From Epiperipatus broadwayi (lineage: Eukaryota > Animalia > Onychophora), in the NCBI GenBank assembly GCA_028023455.1, contig JAQFVV010000001.1, positions 2,232,001 to 2,296,000 on the forward strand: DNA of 64,000 bases, given 5' to 3'. Under the pieces are notes generated by a model. That model searched no databases and was not told the DNA's origin. It saw only the letters and a list, made by a program, of their open reading frames with translations. Positions 12,421 to 26,730 of the stretch are shown in pieces. A program made the translations under genes and the position numbers. Every line of letters begins with the position of its first letter. Positions within the stretch are counted from its first letter, which is position 1.

Positions 12421-14949
12421 ATATATAAATAATATTTTATAAATGTATTCCCATAACTTTCTCTAAATTTCTATAATATGTGCTATTTGGAGTTAATTAT
12501 ACAATCCTAATTAATTTTTCACTTTGTTATTCATATCGTTCTCATATTAATACTCTAACAATTAAATTTAAAAAAAAATCTCAACTTTTTTCAGGGTATC
12601 TTAATTCTAATGGATATATGTAAACATTTTTAGAGATGATATAAAAGAATATATATAATTTATAAATGAAAGTTCGTGGAAAACTTTCTTTATAATATTT
12701 TAAATAAAGTTCCACCTAAGATGTAACAAAGCAATAATCAATTAAGATTAGTAATACAAGTTAAAAACCATGTGATCTAGTAAATAATAATAATTTTTGT
12801 CCAGAGTCACTTTTGGTTTAATGTGACAAAGACAAGTACTACTACTATTACTAAATCACTTGCTTTCATCTTGCATTTTCAGTTTTTTAGTAGATTGTTG
12901 CCTGCTTACAATTTAGTTGAAAATTTATTTAGATTATTACATAGACAATTTTCTGCTTTATTTTAATGTTTATATATATAATATAACACATTAAGGTGCT
13001 TTTTATTTATCTAGTAATGAAACTAAAATTCTTTAAATGTTATATAACTGCCAATTCTCAAAAAAAAAAAAAAAAAAGTTATGAAACACAACAACTTTAA
13101 TGTCTTGTCTTTTTTTCCCTTCAGAATTTGGCTATTATATAACTTGTAAAGAATCTTAGTTTCATTATTAATAGTTAACAATAAAAAGTTTAATAGTTAA
13201 TTATTATATATTTTGATTATTATATCTATACATACATGTAATAGAAAAAAAACCCCAATAAAGGTGGCTAATGATATTCCATATAATATAGTCAGATCAT
13301 TTCATGTTAACAATAAATAAATGCATAAGAATAAAGAAAAAGGTTCCAAATTTATTTGATAAATTTATGAAGTTTTCAAATTAATAATAATAATATATAT
13401 TGTTTGAAATTTTTTTATAAGAAACTTCTCCCTCCTCCATTTGCTAAAAATATATACAATATATATGTAGATATTAGCCTTCATAACTGTACTGCACTTA
13501 CTTGTTTATTTGTCTTTATAACATACATAAAATATTGGGATATTTATTTAAATGTATTAAAACTCATTTTTAAAATTTTTATCAATTATAGAATGTGCAT
13601 AGATTCTATATCTATGTCAGACAATTGATATTGAATTAACACATAGTGTAATTGTCATTTATCTTTTCTATTAAGAATGTACATAAAATAAACTATAGTA
13701 AGTGTTTATTTATGTCTTATTGATATTTAAAAAGATCATTCAGATCAAGTGAATGTTCTAATTCTATTTCGAACCCTTTAGTTGCTGATAATTTATTTTT
13801 TCTGTTTAAAAAAAATCTTATGTATCTGATCACTCAGTAGCTAAATAAATGTATTGATGTCTTTCATATAAAAATTTGCCAAAAATAATTAAGCATGTAA
13901 TATTATATACATATTGTTTTAAAATAACAATGAAGCTCTGAGGATGATTGCAAGCCAGTCTAAACATTTTACAGAAAAGCATTAATAATAATAATAATAA
14001 TGAAAAAAGATATTAAAAGCCATAAATATGAAAATATTTTAAGCTAATATAATTTCATGATCCTCAATGAGCAAAGAAAGAAGTTAAAACAATAATCAAT
14101 TTGTACATCATTAGCCATTTTTTAAATAGATCAGAATATTTCCATACCTGAAAGGAAAACTTTGATAAAGTAAACATTATATGATATTTCAAGATGGATC
14201 AAGCAATTGTGGTAATAATTTTGCCACAACAACTGTAAGTATCCTCTTTTGAAAGTATTAAGTACAGTTTGATCTTGCTGTTTCTCTCTTCACTATGTGG
14301 TACTATAACTCATTTGCATGTAAATATGATCTATTGACATGCCAAAATTAAATTTAGTAAGAAAAAGTTGGAATGTTTTGGTATTTTGTACAGATTAAAT
14401 GGTGTGATTCTAATGAGATAATCAGCATAAATGCTGAGCATTAAAATTCTGAGGTTATTATAACATAATGGTTTGACAGCTCTATAAATGGGTAATTTAT
14501 TTAAAGTGAATTAAAATGCAGAAAAGGATAAGTACTTAATTTAATAATAATGAAAATTTATTGAAAAAATGATGTTTGTAGTGTTTAAATATTTAAATTC
14601 TTAGTGATGTTTAGCTTTGATACTGCTTTTAAATTTTGTTCTAAATTTTTTTGAATACAGGGTTATTAGTCTATCTTGTAAATTTTCTAGAAGTTTGTCC
14701 TAGAGGTTGTTTGCTGTATTCAAATTAAATGATAATGTGAAGAAAGTCCTGGGTCACTTTTTTTTAATTAGAAGTAGCTCATAATACATCAACTTATTGT
14801 TTAATAAATAGTGAGGTTTTTTTTTTTTGTATTTAGAAGATAAAAAAAATATTTTTTACTATTTTTTTTATAAGATTTGAATATTATATAGAAGATAAAA
14901 ACCACTAAGTAAGGAATTTCATAATCAGCCCCAAATTGAGCAGTGAAAG

Positions 14950-15110
14950 TGCTGAGATGAAAAATATGGGATACTGTAAGATGACTACTTTTGGAAGCAG
15001 TGAGATTAAAACAAGTTCAGATGAATAGTGTTATAGTAATAAGCAGAAAGAACAAAGATTGAAAACAGAATAACATTTGAGGAACTGATAGGAAAAAAGG
15101 GTAAGCCTCT
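14950..15110 (+). mobile_element. Short 3' remnant of an RTE-like LINE ORF
   Basis: AEMKNMGYCKMTTFGSSEIK resembles the AEMK.LR...G.T..D..RNE.IR C-terminal motif. Confidence 0.3.
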
Positions 15111-15469
15111 TTGTTTTAAATGAAATTAATAAGTAAAGATTAAATTGAGAGGTTTTACCTTGAATACAAAAAGGATATGCAGTGGATTAAATTTGATCTT
15201 TATATAAAGAAGTTCTTTGGGTAACTTTTTTTTGGATATCAATAAAATATAAGTTCAATATTTTTGAGAATTGATTTTGATCATATGATCGTTCCAAGAA
15301 AGATCAAAAGTACATCAACTTTAAGCTTGTGCAGCCTCACAGTATTAAAAATGAGGTCAGTATAGTTTTACAGATAGAATGCCATTAATCTGAATATCTT
15401 TAATCTTTTACAATTATCAATATCATTATTTTGAACTATTATCAATCCAATGTAAGATGGTGTCTCCAA

Positions 15470-18330
15470 CTTTAATTTAGTTTATCCAACCACTAGCCTA
15501 TTTTTTTAAACACGTCAGCAGTTTTTTTTTTATTTTATCCATCCATCTCATGTGTGGACTTTTAAAAATAATTTTACAATTTTTTTGGATCCAATTTTGT
15601 CCATCCATTATCTCATCACATTTTCTAGCAATATGTCCATCCCAGTTCCATTTCAGTATCTTAATTTTTTTAATGATGTCAGTGATCTCTGTTTGTTTTC
15701 TCACTCATGTATTTTATTTTTGATTTCTTTTTGTTATTCCTAACATACATCTGTCTATATTTCATTGAGTGATTCAAAGAATTTGAATTATTCTTCTATT
15801 GAGTTTCTAAGTCTCAGATCCATAAGTAGGAATGGTAAAACATCTATTTAAAACCTTCCTTTTCAAGTATAAGGCATATTTTCTTTTAATATTAAATTAT
15901 TTCTACAAAAAACACTCTATCAAAGTTTAATTCAAATGATTAATTTCATCTATTATGTTTTCATCTGTGTTAATAATATGACCAGTGTATTTGTAATTGT
16001 CAATTTTTTCTAATTCATCATTATCAATTTTAATTTTCTTCTTTTGAGACAATCCATTGAACATTACTTTAGTCCTTTTAGTATTTACCTTTAGTCCTAC
16101 TTCCTTACTTTCATGTTAACTTATGCAACATTTCTGAAGCTCTGAATAATTATTTGCAAAGTCATTTACATCATCTGCTAAGTCTAGATGGTATAAATAA
16201 TCTTCATTTATTTTTATTCCCTTAGCTTCAGATTTTAACCCAAAAAATATTTATTGCAAAACTGTAATTTTTTTATGAGATGATATGGAATCATCCTATC
16301 ATATACTCTCCTCAATGTTAATTTTCTTAGTATCACCATGTAATCTAATTATTGTTATTGCATTTTGATAAATATTCTTCAGAATATGATAATAACCTGG
16401 GTTTATATCTTGTTGATCCAAAGTTTTAATCACCATGAAAATGCTTTTCATAACTTATAAATACAAAGCATAATCAGAACTCATATTCATTGGACTTTTC
16501 TATAATTTCTCTCAATACTTGGATGTAATCCATTGTACTGAGATCGCCTTTAAATCTAGCTTGTTCTTTTGAGTGGTTAAAATGTAAAGTTCAATGTGGA
16601 TAAATTGTATATAACTTTGTAAAAAATTTATATAAAACTGATAAAAGATTAATAGCTATAATTTTTAACATCTTCTTTACAATCTTTCTTAAATGTTAAT
16701 ATTACTATGGCATTCTTTCATTAATATGATATATCTTATCATTTAGATATTTGTTATATGACTTTGCCAACAATTTTTTTATTTCTGTGCCTGTTTTTTT
16801 AAGATATTGTCTATAATTCCATCATTTCATGGAAAAATTCCCTTCTTTATAGATATAATTGCACATCTCATTTCTTCATTTAAAATGCTGGGCAATTCAG
16901 AAGATATAGCAATTGTAGAGAATACTTTGTATTCTTGTTCTTTATTACTATATAATTCTTTATAGAATTCTTTCATATATTTTATAATATCATCTCTCTT
17001 TTTAATAATAGATCTATTTTTTTTTCATTTTCAGAAATATCAAGATATTGTTTTTTACTTTTGAGACTCTTATTCTCTTCTATAGTTTTCTTTGCTTGTT
17101 CACAATTATATTTTTTTATATTATTATTAACTTTTTTATATCATTTTATAAAACTGTAGATATTCAATTTTTCTTAATGGATTATTTAAAAAAAAAAAAA
17201 TTCATATTGCTTCTTCTCTTCATATGCTGTCTTGTCTTGATAGAAAATCTACTGATAAATTACTTTTTTTTTTTGTACCAGCTATCTAAAATTACAGTTT
17301 TCAATAGTACACCACCAAATCTGAATCATCTTCAAAATCTGTTAATATTTAAAAATGATTTGCAAAATCTAATTTAAATTTACTGGAGTGTTTCTGAAGG
17401 TTTGGAATATCAACTGTTAACACTGTTGTTTTTTAATAACTTTTTCTTCTAATTTTGCATGAACATGTATCTTATGTCTCTCTAATTGATCACTTACTGT
17501 GTTGAATCTATTAAGAATTTTATAATGTTGAAATATATATTTTCTGTTAGTCAAAACTTTCACTTGGATGTTTTCATGTCCTATTCTGTTTACCATTTTT
17601 TTCAAAAAAAGAATATGTAGTATATGGTTTTTCATTTTTTCTGCAAACTCCACAAATTTTTGTCCTCCATCATTTCTAACATCATAGTCAAATTTACCCA
17701 CAACACTTTTATCTTTCAATTATTTACCAATTTTAGCATTAATATCGTCCATGATAATTTTAAAATGTTGTTAGATCTGATCAAAAGCATTTTGTATATC
17801 CATCTATAAATCCTCTACCTTTTCATTACAATGGTAATTTGTTAGGGCACAAACCACAATTATCTGCATTTGGTATCTTTCATTAAATGGAATCAGTAAA
17901 TTCACCATTCTGTCTGACATATCATCAGTCTTCACAATGTTGTTCTCCCATTTTTTATTTATAATAAACCTCACTTCTCTTATGCTAATATTTGTGCCTT
18001 TGTAGTTACGTACATGCTCACTTTCTGAATCAATTGTCTCTTCACTTTTTTTTCTAACTTCCAAAATCCAACAATGTTCCATTTAATACTACAAAGTTCT
18101 TCCAATTTTTGCAATCTTTCTTTACACTTGAAAATGATTGGCAGTTGTAAGGCACATAAATAAAAATCATCATTGAGTGCATTCTATGTCTGAAATCAAG
18201 AGATTCTTAGCATCCTCTACCTTTGGCTGCTAATTGCTGTCTTAGTTGATGATTCTACAGCCTTCTGCATATATGGGCCATAATTTAGTTTTGCCTATCA
18301 TGATTGCAAATATCTAATTAGAAAAAAGAA
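15470..18330 (-). mobile_element. RTE-clade non-LTR retrotransposon, near full length, degenerate
   Basis: APE endonuclease motifs (ILEVRKK; QIIVVCALT..H.NEKVEDL; VVGKFDYDVRNDGGQKFVEF), RT motifs (LDLKAI; HLDLADDV) and C-terminal KWNWDGHIAR. Many stops and frameshifts. Confidence 0.9.
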
Positions 18331-21300
18331 AAAAATATTTGCACATCCATTTATCTTGTCTTCAAGAAAACTATTGATATTTTACGTAAAAACTGTCAAA
18401 CAATTGAGTAGGAAGCACATAGTGTTTTTTTGATTTTAAAATCATAGCTAAAAGTCATACTGGTTGATGTGTGTCAGTGAGCAACCTATCCTTGTTTATT
18501 TACTATATGAATAAATCATATAGTAATAAGAGCTGCAACAACAAACACATATGGGTGGCCATTAGAAATTTGCCCTTCTCAGTTCCTTTAAGGTTTTAAA
18601 GAGGAATCAAAAGATATTTTTTTATTCTGCAGCCAATTTAATCATTTACAATAAATAAATTTGCACCCATGTTTGTAAACAAAAATAAAAAAATAAAAAT
18701 CTATAAATTAATATGTCTAATTGCAGTGAGTTGCCTGCTTTTATAATGTCTTAGCAGAATTTGGTTTTACAGTGATGGAGTAAAAGATCTATTTTTAAAA
18801 TAAAATAAAATTCAGAATTAAAAAAATAAAAGCCCAAGAAAAGGGATTTGGGATTAGTGGTGGTTTACCCATAATATGATTTTTAGAAATGAAATAAGAT
18901 TGAGTTTTAGATTAATGATATAGGATGAACATAAAGAATTTTTTAACAATTGAAAGGAAGGAGATGTAAAATTTAAAAACTCTCATGAGTACAAGAATAA
19001 ATTTAAGGCAAGTGTTTTCAGAATAAAGCTGGAGTTACACCAGAGCAAAAATTTTGATAGTATTAAGACTTTAGAAAGAATCTAAACAATTATGACAAGT
19101 AATTAATGATTTTAAAAAGGACAAGATGAATAATTATATTCAACAGAGTTCAAGGTAAAATTATGACTATAAAAAACACAATTCTCTTATTTGGGAGAGG
19201 AAATGAAATCGAGTTAATTTTAAATAACAACGTACTGTTTTAGCTAAAGACCAAAAAGTGTTAAGTGTAATTAAGAAGAAACTAGTTTGTTGGTTAAACT
19301 TTTTACAGTAACTTTCTTAGTTGATTAAGTAATAAAATTGGATTTAATGAATGAGTTAAATTTTCTTAATATGGAATGTTGAATTAGATCCTGAAAATAA
19401 TACATTGTTAGATAATTCTGCCTGTTTTAATCTATTTAATTAATATATATATATATAAAGGTTTAAGATTTTAGTTATTCATATATAGGAAGTTTGTAAA
19501 AAGAAATAATAAAGGTATGACTAATGCCAGAAAGAATATTGGAATTATTCATTAATTCTAAGTGTTTACTAAAATTTTTGTAGTTGGGTGTAACAATAGT
19601 GTTGTCAGTTTTGCTTACTTCAATATTGCTTTTTTGCTGCTTAAGAAGTCAAGTGATGCTCTAGCACAAAATGACACCTGAATTGAACTTTTTAGTCCAT
19701 CATTCACAGAATTTACAATAAATATTGTTGCAAATTATTTTCAAAATTTTTATGTTTTTCATGAAATAACTAATACAAATCTATTAGAAGTTTACTTATA
19801 AAAAAAATAATTAACTGATTTATTGCTAGGAAAGTTATAAGAAGCATGAATATTGGAAATAACAGAACTGAATCACAATTGAACTGCACTTAAGGGTAAA
19901 AAAGAATAGGGTGGTTCAAGTGACTGAAAATGACTGAGCTGGGCCAGGACTTATGCTTCACGAGTTCTAGAGTTTTATGTTGTGCCATTGCACTAAATCA
20001 CACACAGGGAAGTCTTCACCATATCACAAACATCCATTAGCACAAATACTCAGACCAGTCTCTTGCTAGAGAAATAAACATCTGGATTTCAATGTCTATA
20101 CTGATAAACACACACATTTTTAAAAAAAAACATATACTGCTTGTATATAAAAACGCTTTTTTTAACCTTTTTTTAAATCCATGAAATGTATAATTCTTCC
20201 AACTCTTTTTTTAAATTTATATTTTCTGAAGTGGCAGCTCCCATAATACTACGGTAAAAAAAAAAAAAAAACGTTAACCATATTAATAATATTGTGAATG
20301 AAAAATAATACCTTTTTTTTTTTTTTTGAAATTAATACCTATACTAATATTACATCATGTAGCAAAAAAAAAAAACTGTTTGGTCATTCATGTCTGCTTA
20401 AGGCTAAACACAAATTTTGGCATTAAATTATATTGGTAGTTATTTTTTTTTATCTTTAAAGCTATCACTGTTGCTAGAACAAAGATTTTAGCTGTAGTAG
20501 ATAATAACTGGAGGACAAAAGTCAAGTAGTGCAAATGAAATAAAACCATCCTCCCACATTAGAAGGCAACTGGTCAGACAAGAGCTTAATGTGACCACAA
20601 CACCTGCATGAAACTTAAATATACTATAGCCTGAAGGATTTAGGAGATGTCCTTGAAGTGCAATATTGCATCAAAAGTTTTATTTTAGTAGCTGTCAAAC
20701 TGCATTATTTATGCATTTATATCTTATTAATAATTACTCTGTTTGGGAGTTGAGAAAAATTCGGTTTTAAAATAAAGTTTACATTATATTTGTTTGTTAT
20801 TAATATTTGTACTGCCTTTCAGATTCATCACTTATTTACTATATAAATGCATATAGATTTGATATATTTATTCGTGCTTAGACATTTTTATCTACTACAA
20901 TATTTTCTATCTTTATATGGTTAATCTCATATTAGTTTTTGATTAGTAAATGGTACATATTCTAGTGCACTTTTTTTTTGTCAAAACGAATGAAAGTATT
21001 TAGAATCATGTAGAATTTTTCATTCTAAATTGATCATAGTGAGACAATAATGATCTATATTTCTGTTTCGAAATTTTATTATGTAAGAATTGACCAAGAA
21101 GCTGATCTATTTACATTTGTTCATTTCATCCACATGTATATTACTCGTATAAATAATGTAGCATTCTTATTTTTAAATTGAAATTCACTTTAAATTATTG
21201 AAGTTAACCTTAATTATATTTTTATTAATTAAATATTAAAAGTACAGCTATATATATGAATATTATAGTCTGAGTTCAAGTCCCTTATAATTACATTAAG

Positions 21301-21949
21301 TTTAGTATAGACAATATACATGTAATTAAATATTATATATATATTGTACTTGTTACAACAATGATCATGGATTGTCAGTGGATTCATGTTTATGATGAAG
21401 TCACATCAGTGGCTTTTGTAGCTGATTATGTAGATTCAAGTATTTATTATATTAATCCAAATTTACAAATCTTTCAATCAATGTATTTTATTTTATAAAC
21501 TTACTATGTGGAGAGGATTAAATAGAGATGTGTGCTCTCCACTTTGTTCTGCAGAATCATTTTTTTGCATTTTATATTGGGCACAAAGCAATTAGATACA
21601 GTGAATAATTTGTTTCTTAAATACAGCATTTATTCAATAAATGAACTTTATTTACATGGAATTGCATAGGGTTGCTGTGCTGTATTTTTAATTATTGTAA
21701 GCTTACAAATAGCTAAAAATTCTCTACTCAGCTTTAAAAATATATATATATTTAAATATTTATGAGAAGAAAAAGTGTTTTAAATGTAATTTAAAATTCT
21801 AAAAATTTAACAATAAGAACTTTGAGCATTCTAACATTGGTTTTTCTATGAAATGGATGGGTTGAATAATTGGAAGGGTAAGAATATTGAAGCCTATCGA
21901 ATAAAAGTTGGAGGAATTGCTGTTTTAATATATACTGAATACTGATTGT

Positions 21950-22116
21950 ATATATGTGTGGGAGATTATGATCTGGCCCACATGATGAGTATTGGTTTTA
22001 CATGAAATATGTATACTGGGGATCATGTATCTTTTTCACATGTATGTGGCCATGTGCATCGATTGCTTGAGATGGAGTAGAGGATGAACAGACTGAAAAT
22101 CCTTAGTTCAAATCTA
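21950..22116 (+). repeat. Single copy of the family-4 HHR/Pol III-box repeat
   Basis: Homologous to both arms of the 53590-53974 fold-back (TATATGTGTGGGAGAT..., ...GAAAATC...AGTTCAAATC). Confidence 0.7.
21977..22020 (+). ncRNA. Decayed type-I hammerhead, family 4
   Basis: CCCAC-AUGAUGA-GUAUU gguuu UACAU-GAAA UAUGUAUA-CUGGG. GAAA is retained and C3 is mutated. Confidence 0.5.
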
Positions 22117-22385
22117 GAATATGGAATTTTTTTCTGATAAATAATGTTGGCATCAAAATTCTAAATCTCACTAAAAAGAAATATTTTTTTTTTCTCTAAG
22201 GGACTTTGTGTAGTATTATTAATTATTGGAAGCTTACAAATAGATGTTTTACTTAATATTTATGAGAGAAAAATGTTTTAAATTATAAAGATTTAATAAT
22301 GTGGAATAAATTTTTTTTACAGTAATTATGATGTTGCTTGCCTGTAATAGTTGCTTCATTATTTAAGTTTTTTTTTTTTACATAG

Positions 22386-22435
22386 TGAAAGATCATCTAA
22401 ATAAAAGTGTTTTTCTGACCTGGAATCTGCAGCAG
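22386..22435 (+). CDS. Candidate internal exon of an unidentified host gene (xKDHLNKSVFLTWNLQQ)
   Basis: Long poly-T tract with ACATAG acceptor and CAG|GTAAAT donor. An open frame ends in phase 0. Confidence 0.5.
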
Positions 22436-23551
22436 GTAAATAATGTTAATATCTATTTCCAGTTAGATAATATTAACAATTTTTTTATTAATTAAATAAA
22501 GTTTTGAATTAATAATACATTATACAAAAATGTTTTTTCCATTTCAAATTATTTTCATGGTCTATATCTTACAAGTTAAAAAGTAGTAACAACTTTTAGA
22601 AAGACAAATCATGCTACTTTTGAATTTCTTCAGTTTTAAACATCTTCAAATTCATTTCAGAGCATGTCTAGAGTTGATACTTCAGAGTACATCTCCAGAG
22701 TTTGAGGTTAATGAAATATTTATAAAATAGGATATAGATTAGAAACATACACTATTACTTGTTAGAACATAATTCTTTCATTACCTCTAATAGTTACATG
22801 TCTCTTGCAAAACTTGTATAAGTCTCATAATCAAAGTCAGAGAATATGTCTTAAGTATTATATATTTAATGAAAAAATGGCTTGTTTGGATTTGACCACT
22901 TATCTCTAATTTTAAAAGACATTTTGAAGAATTTAATTTCAACTGAAACTAATGATATTGTTATTAGTTCAATTTTTGTCATTTATTATTAATTATTTCA
23001 ATATCGTTTATATAACTTCATGTAACCATTTTACAATGGATTTTATTGCTTTTCACACACATAATTGCTCCACTTGTAATTGAAAAATATTTCTGTTTTT
23101 TCTAATTAAGTAAATAAATCATTAAAGTAAGCTTCTCTCCTCTTGATATATCTATTTCATAAACAGTTTAATTCACCAGCATATCTAAACTCTGTGAATA
23201 TAGTAAAACATTTGAAGTTTTAAAGTACAGTGTATAATCAGAAATGCTAAAATATGTTTGACAAATGCGTATGTTGAATTAATAATATAAACTCAGTATG
23301 CTTTATGTTTGCATTATCAATTTAACATTCAGACTTGTAAAACATATATATATATATAGTTAAGAATTTCAACTATTTATTTGTGTGAGTCCACATTACC
23401 TGAATCAGCTGATGACTCAGTGTATTTGGTAAAATAAATATTTCCAGAAAGATGGTTTGATGTGATTGAAAGCAATGATTTCAATTTAAAGATAAGGATA
23501 TAGTATCATTTGTCGAATTTATTATATTCTACTATTCTTGATAATTGAAAG

Positions 23552-23651
23552 GATGATCTACAAAATATTTTGAATGCAACCTATAAAGGCTTTTCATCTC
23601 AAAATTCAACAACTTTTATCTTGGATGGTACATTTATAGATAGATTTACAG
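23552..23651 (+). CDS. Candidate internal exon (DDLQNILNATYKGFSSQNSTTFILDGTFIDRFT-G)
   Basis: AAG| acceptor and CAG|GTATGA donor. One open frame starts in phase 0, matching the previous exon. Confidence 0.5.
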
Positions 23652-24269
23652 GTATGAAGGTAGATTTGGATAATGAATTGCAATGCAGTCTCCAAGTGTT
23701 GCTGCACATTTAAAGATATATCATTTTATCTCATCAAATGTTTAAAACTATTTCAGCTAAATTAGTTATATATAGAGCTATCACCTATCAAATGTATTAT
23801 TTGAGGTGAGTATAATAATGACACTTGAAAATTTTTATTTAAAGATTCTCTTTTGTAATATTCTGAAAATATGATAAGATCTTAAGACTCATCAATATAT
23901 CTTTCAGTTTGATGACTGTGATGATATAAATCTATTATTTTAAGGGAAAACCTATATTAGATCGTAATACAAAAAGGAATGAGTAGTATCAGATTTTTGA
24001 ATATATATATAATAAACTTGAACATAGTTTTTTTGAGAGACGGGCTGCAGTAATGTTATAAAGATTACCTCAAAGATACTCCAAATACTTGCATATTGCT
24101 TGTTTTTAATGTGGGATATGAAAATTGAATTTAATGGACAGCTATAATTAGATAAGGTGTGATCTTTAAAAATCAATGTTTATTAGAGAAAGGTCACAGT
24201 ACAAAATGTTAAATAAGCAATGGGCCAACCTGTAATTTATGAATCATAGATTTGTTAGAATAGTCTATG

Positions 24270-26730
24270 CAAAACTCATCATCAACTTATTTTTTTATTT
24301 TTTCTGAAATTAAAAATTCTAATGCCCATATCATCAGCTTTTTCAAACATTATTGATCCTTAGCAGAATGAAGATTTTTCCAATTTTAACTGAGAAACTT
24401 CTCTACAATACATGAACAAACTTTTTTATTTTCTCCAACTATCTCACATGGGATCTCTTTTACAATTTCTTGGGATCCAGTTTAAAACTTCAACTATATT
24501 TATTATCATCTCTTCTAGCAATATGTCCAACCCAGCTCTATTTCAAGCTTTTAATGCTTTCAATGATGCTACTGATACTTGTTGTTTATTCACCATGTTT
24601 ACATTTGCAATCTCTTTTTGGTATTCTTAATGTATATTTCTCCATATTGTGTTGAATGATCAGAAGTCTTTGTATTAGTTTTCTGTTAACTGTTCAAGGT
24701 GTAGATCCATAATAATTAAGAATTGGTAAAAGACATCTATTAAAAATCTTCCTTTTCAAACATATAGGCATATTTCCTTTTAATATTAAATTATCATTAT
24801 CAAAAGTACCACTCCATTCAAGTTTAATTCTGAGTAATTTCATCCATTGTATTTCCATCTGTGTTAATAATCTGATTAATTGTAATTGGTAAGTTTTTAT
24901 AATTTATGATTATCAATTTTTATTTCCTTCTGAGAAAATCCATTAAACATTAATTACTTTAATCTTTTTAGCTTTTATCTTGAGTCCTATTTTTTCATTT
25001 TCATCTGAGAAATTTTGCAATATTTCCTGAAGCTTTGAAATATTATTTGGAAAAAACAACTTCATCACATTCACAATCTAGACGAGTAAATAATTTCCAT
25101 TTACTTTTACTCTCTTAGTTTCCCATTGATCATGTGATGTTTATTGGCTTAAATCCACAAAGTGCTTATTGTAATACTGCTGTAAAAAGTTTTTCATATG
25201 GAATTAACCTGTTTTACACTCTTCTCAACCTTTCTAATATCATTATGTAATCTAATCATTGCTGATACATTTTAATAAATGTTTGTCAGAATACGACCAT
25301 CCTGGACCTACATAATGATGATCTAATGCTTTATTTACTGTAGAATTACTTCACTAATCCAAAGCATATTGGTAATTCATATTCAGTGAATCCTTTCCAT
25401 AACTTCTCTTAATATTTGAATATGGTCTACCTTGTTAAAACCAATTTTAAGGCTAGCTTGATCTTTTGGTTGATTAGAATCCAGAATTTTCTGAACATTA
25501 GTTGCAATTATTTTGATAAAGATTTTAAAACTGTTAGATGACTGCTCAGTCTGTAATTTCTAATATCTTTTTTATTACCTTTCTTAAATATCTAACTACT
25601 GCATTATTTCAATCATCTGGTGCATCTTTATTATTCTGACATTTGGTATATAACTTTACCAACAATTTTTCTATTTCTCCACCTTTTTTTAAGATATCAA
25701 TAATAATTCCATCATTACCTGCAGCTTTTTTCATCTTTATGGATTTGAATGCATGCCTCACTTCTCCATTTAAAATGGTGGGAAATTCAGAAGATGTAAT
25801 AACTATAGGATACTTTAATTTCTTATTCTTTATCATTGTATAATTCTTTATAGATTTCTTCCATCTATCTTATGATGTCATTTCACTTTTTTATAATAGT
25901 TCAATTTTTTCTTCTTGTTGCAGAAATAATATTCCCTCCAATACTAAGATATTGTTTTATACTTTTGAGATTTTTATTTTCTTCTATAACTTTTCTTTTG
26001 AATTTACAGTTATATTTTTATTATTATTATTAATTCTTTTTTACACTATTTTATAAAATCTAGATATTCAATTCTTCTTAAATGATCATTTTTATTTATT
26101 TTCATATTCCTTATTTTCTTCATATAGTGGCTCTTCAAAAAATTTACTGTTAATTTTTTTTTTTTTTTGATACCAGCTATCTTTGTTGAAGAGTTTAAAA
26201 CTGTAGCATTGATCTTATTGTTTTCATTCATATCTGAATCATTTTTAAAGTCTGTTAATATTGTAAGACGATTATCAAGTTTTAATTTAAATTCATGAGA
26301 GTATTTTCAGATCTTAGTAATATCAAATGTTAATACTGACTTTTTTTAAATAGTTTTCATTTCTCTAGTTTTGCATTGACACATATCTTATATCTGACTA
26401 ATCAATAATCATTTCTGTGTTGAATCTATTTGAACATTTCATTGTCGAAACATATATTTTCTGTTAACCAAAATATCCAATTCCGCTGTATCTTTTTTTA
26501 TTTAGATATTTCCACATCCATTTCTTTTAGCATTTTTCTTACAAAAAGAATTCATAATATACAGTTGTTTTTGTTCTCCCTGTGATCTCCACAAGTCTGT
26601 GTCTTCTCACATTTCTATTACCATAACCAAATTTACTCACAGCACTTTCATCTTTCAATTGTTTACCAATTCTACCATTAAAGTCTTTCATGACAGTTTT
26701 AAAATATTTTTTGATCTGATCAAAAGCATT
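24270..26730 (-). mobile_element. RTE-clade non-LTR retrotransposon, 5'-truncated, degenerate
   Basis: DFNGRIGK...KFGYGNRNVR (APE), PTILNGEVRHAFKSIKMKKAAGNDGI (RT N-terminus), QASLKIGFNKVDHI (QAGFR-like) and the W..GHIAR C-terminus. Colinear with the 15.5-18.3 kb copy. Confidence 0.9.

Noticed and set aside
19898-19975. tRNA-derived SINE head (A-box TGGTTCAAGTG)
   Set aside because: The B-box is poor, there is no cloverleaf, and no second copy occurs in the window.
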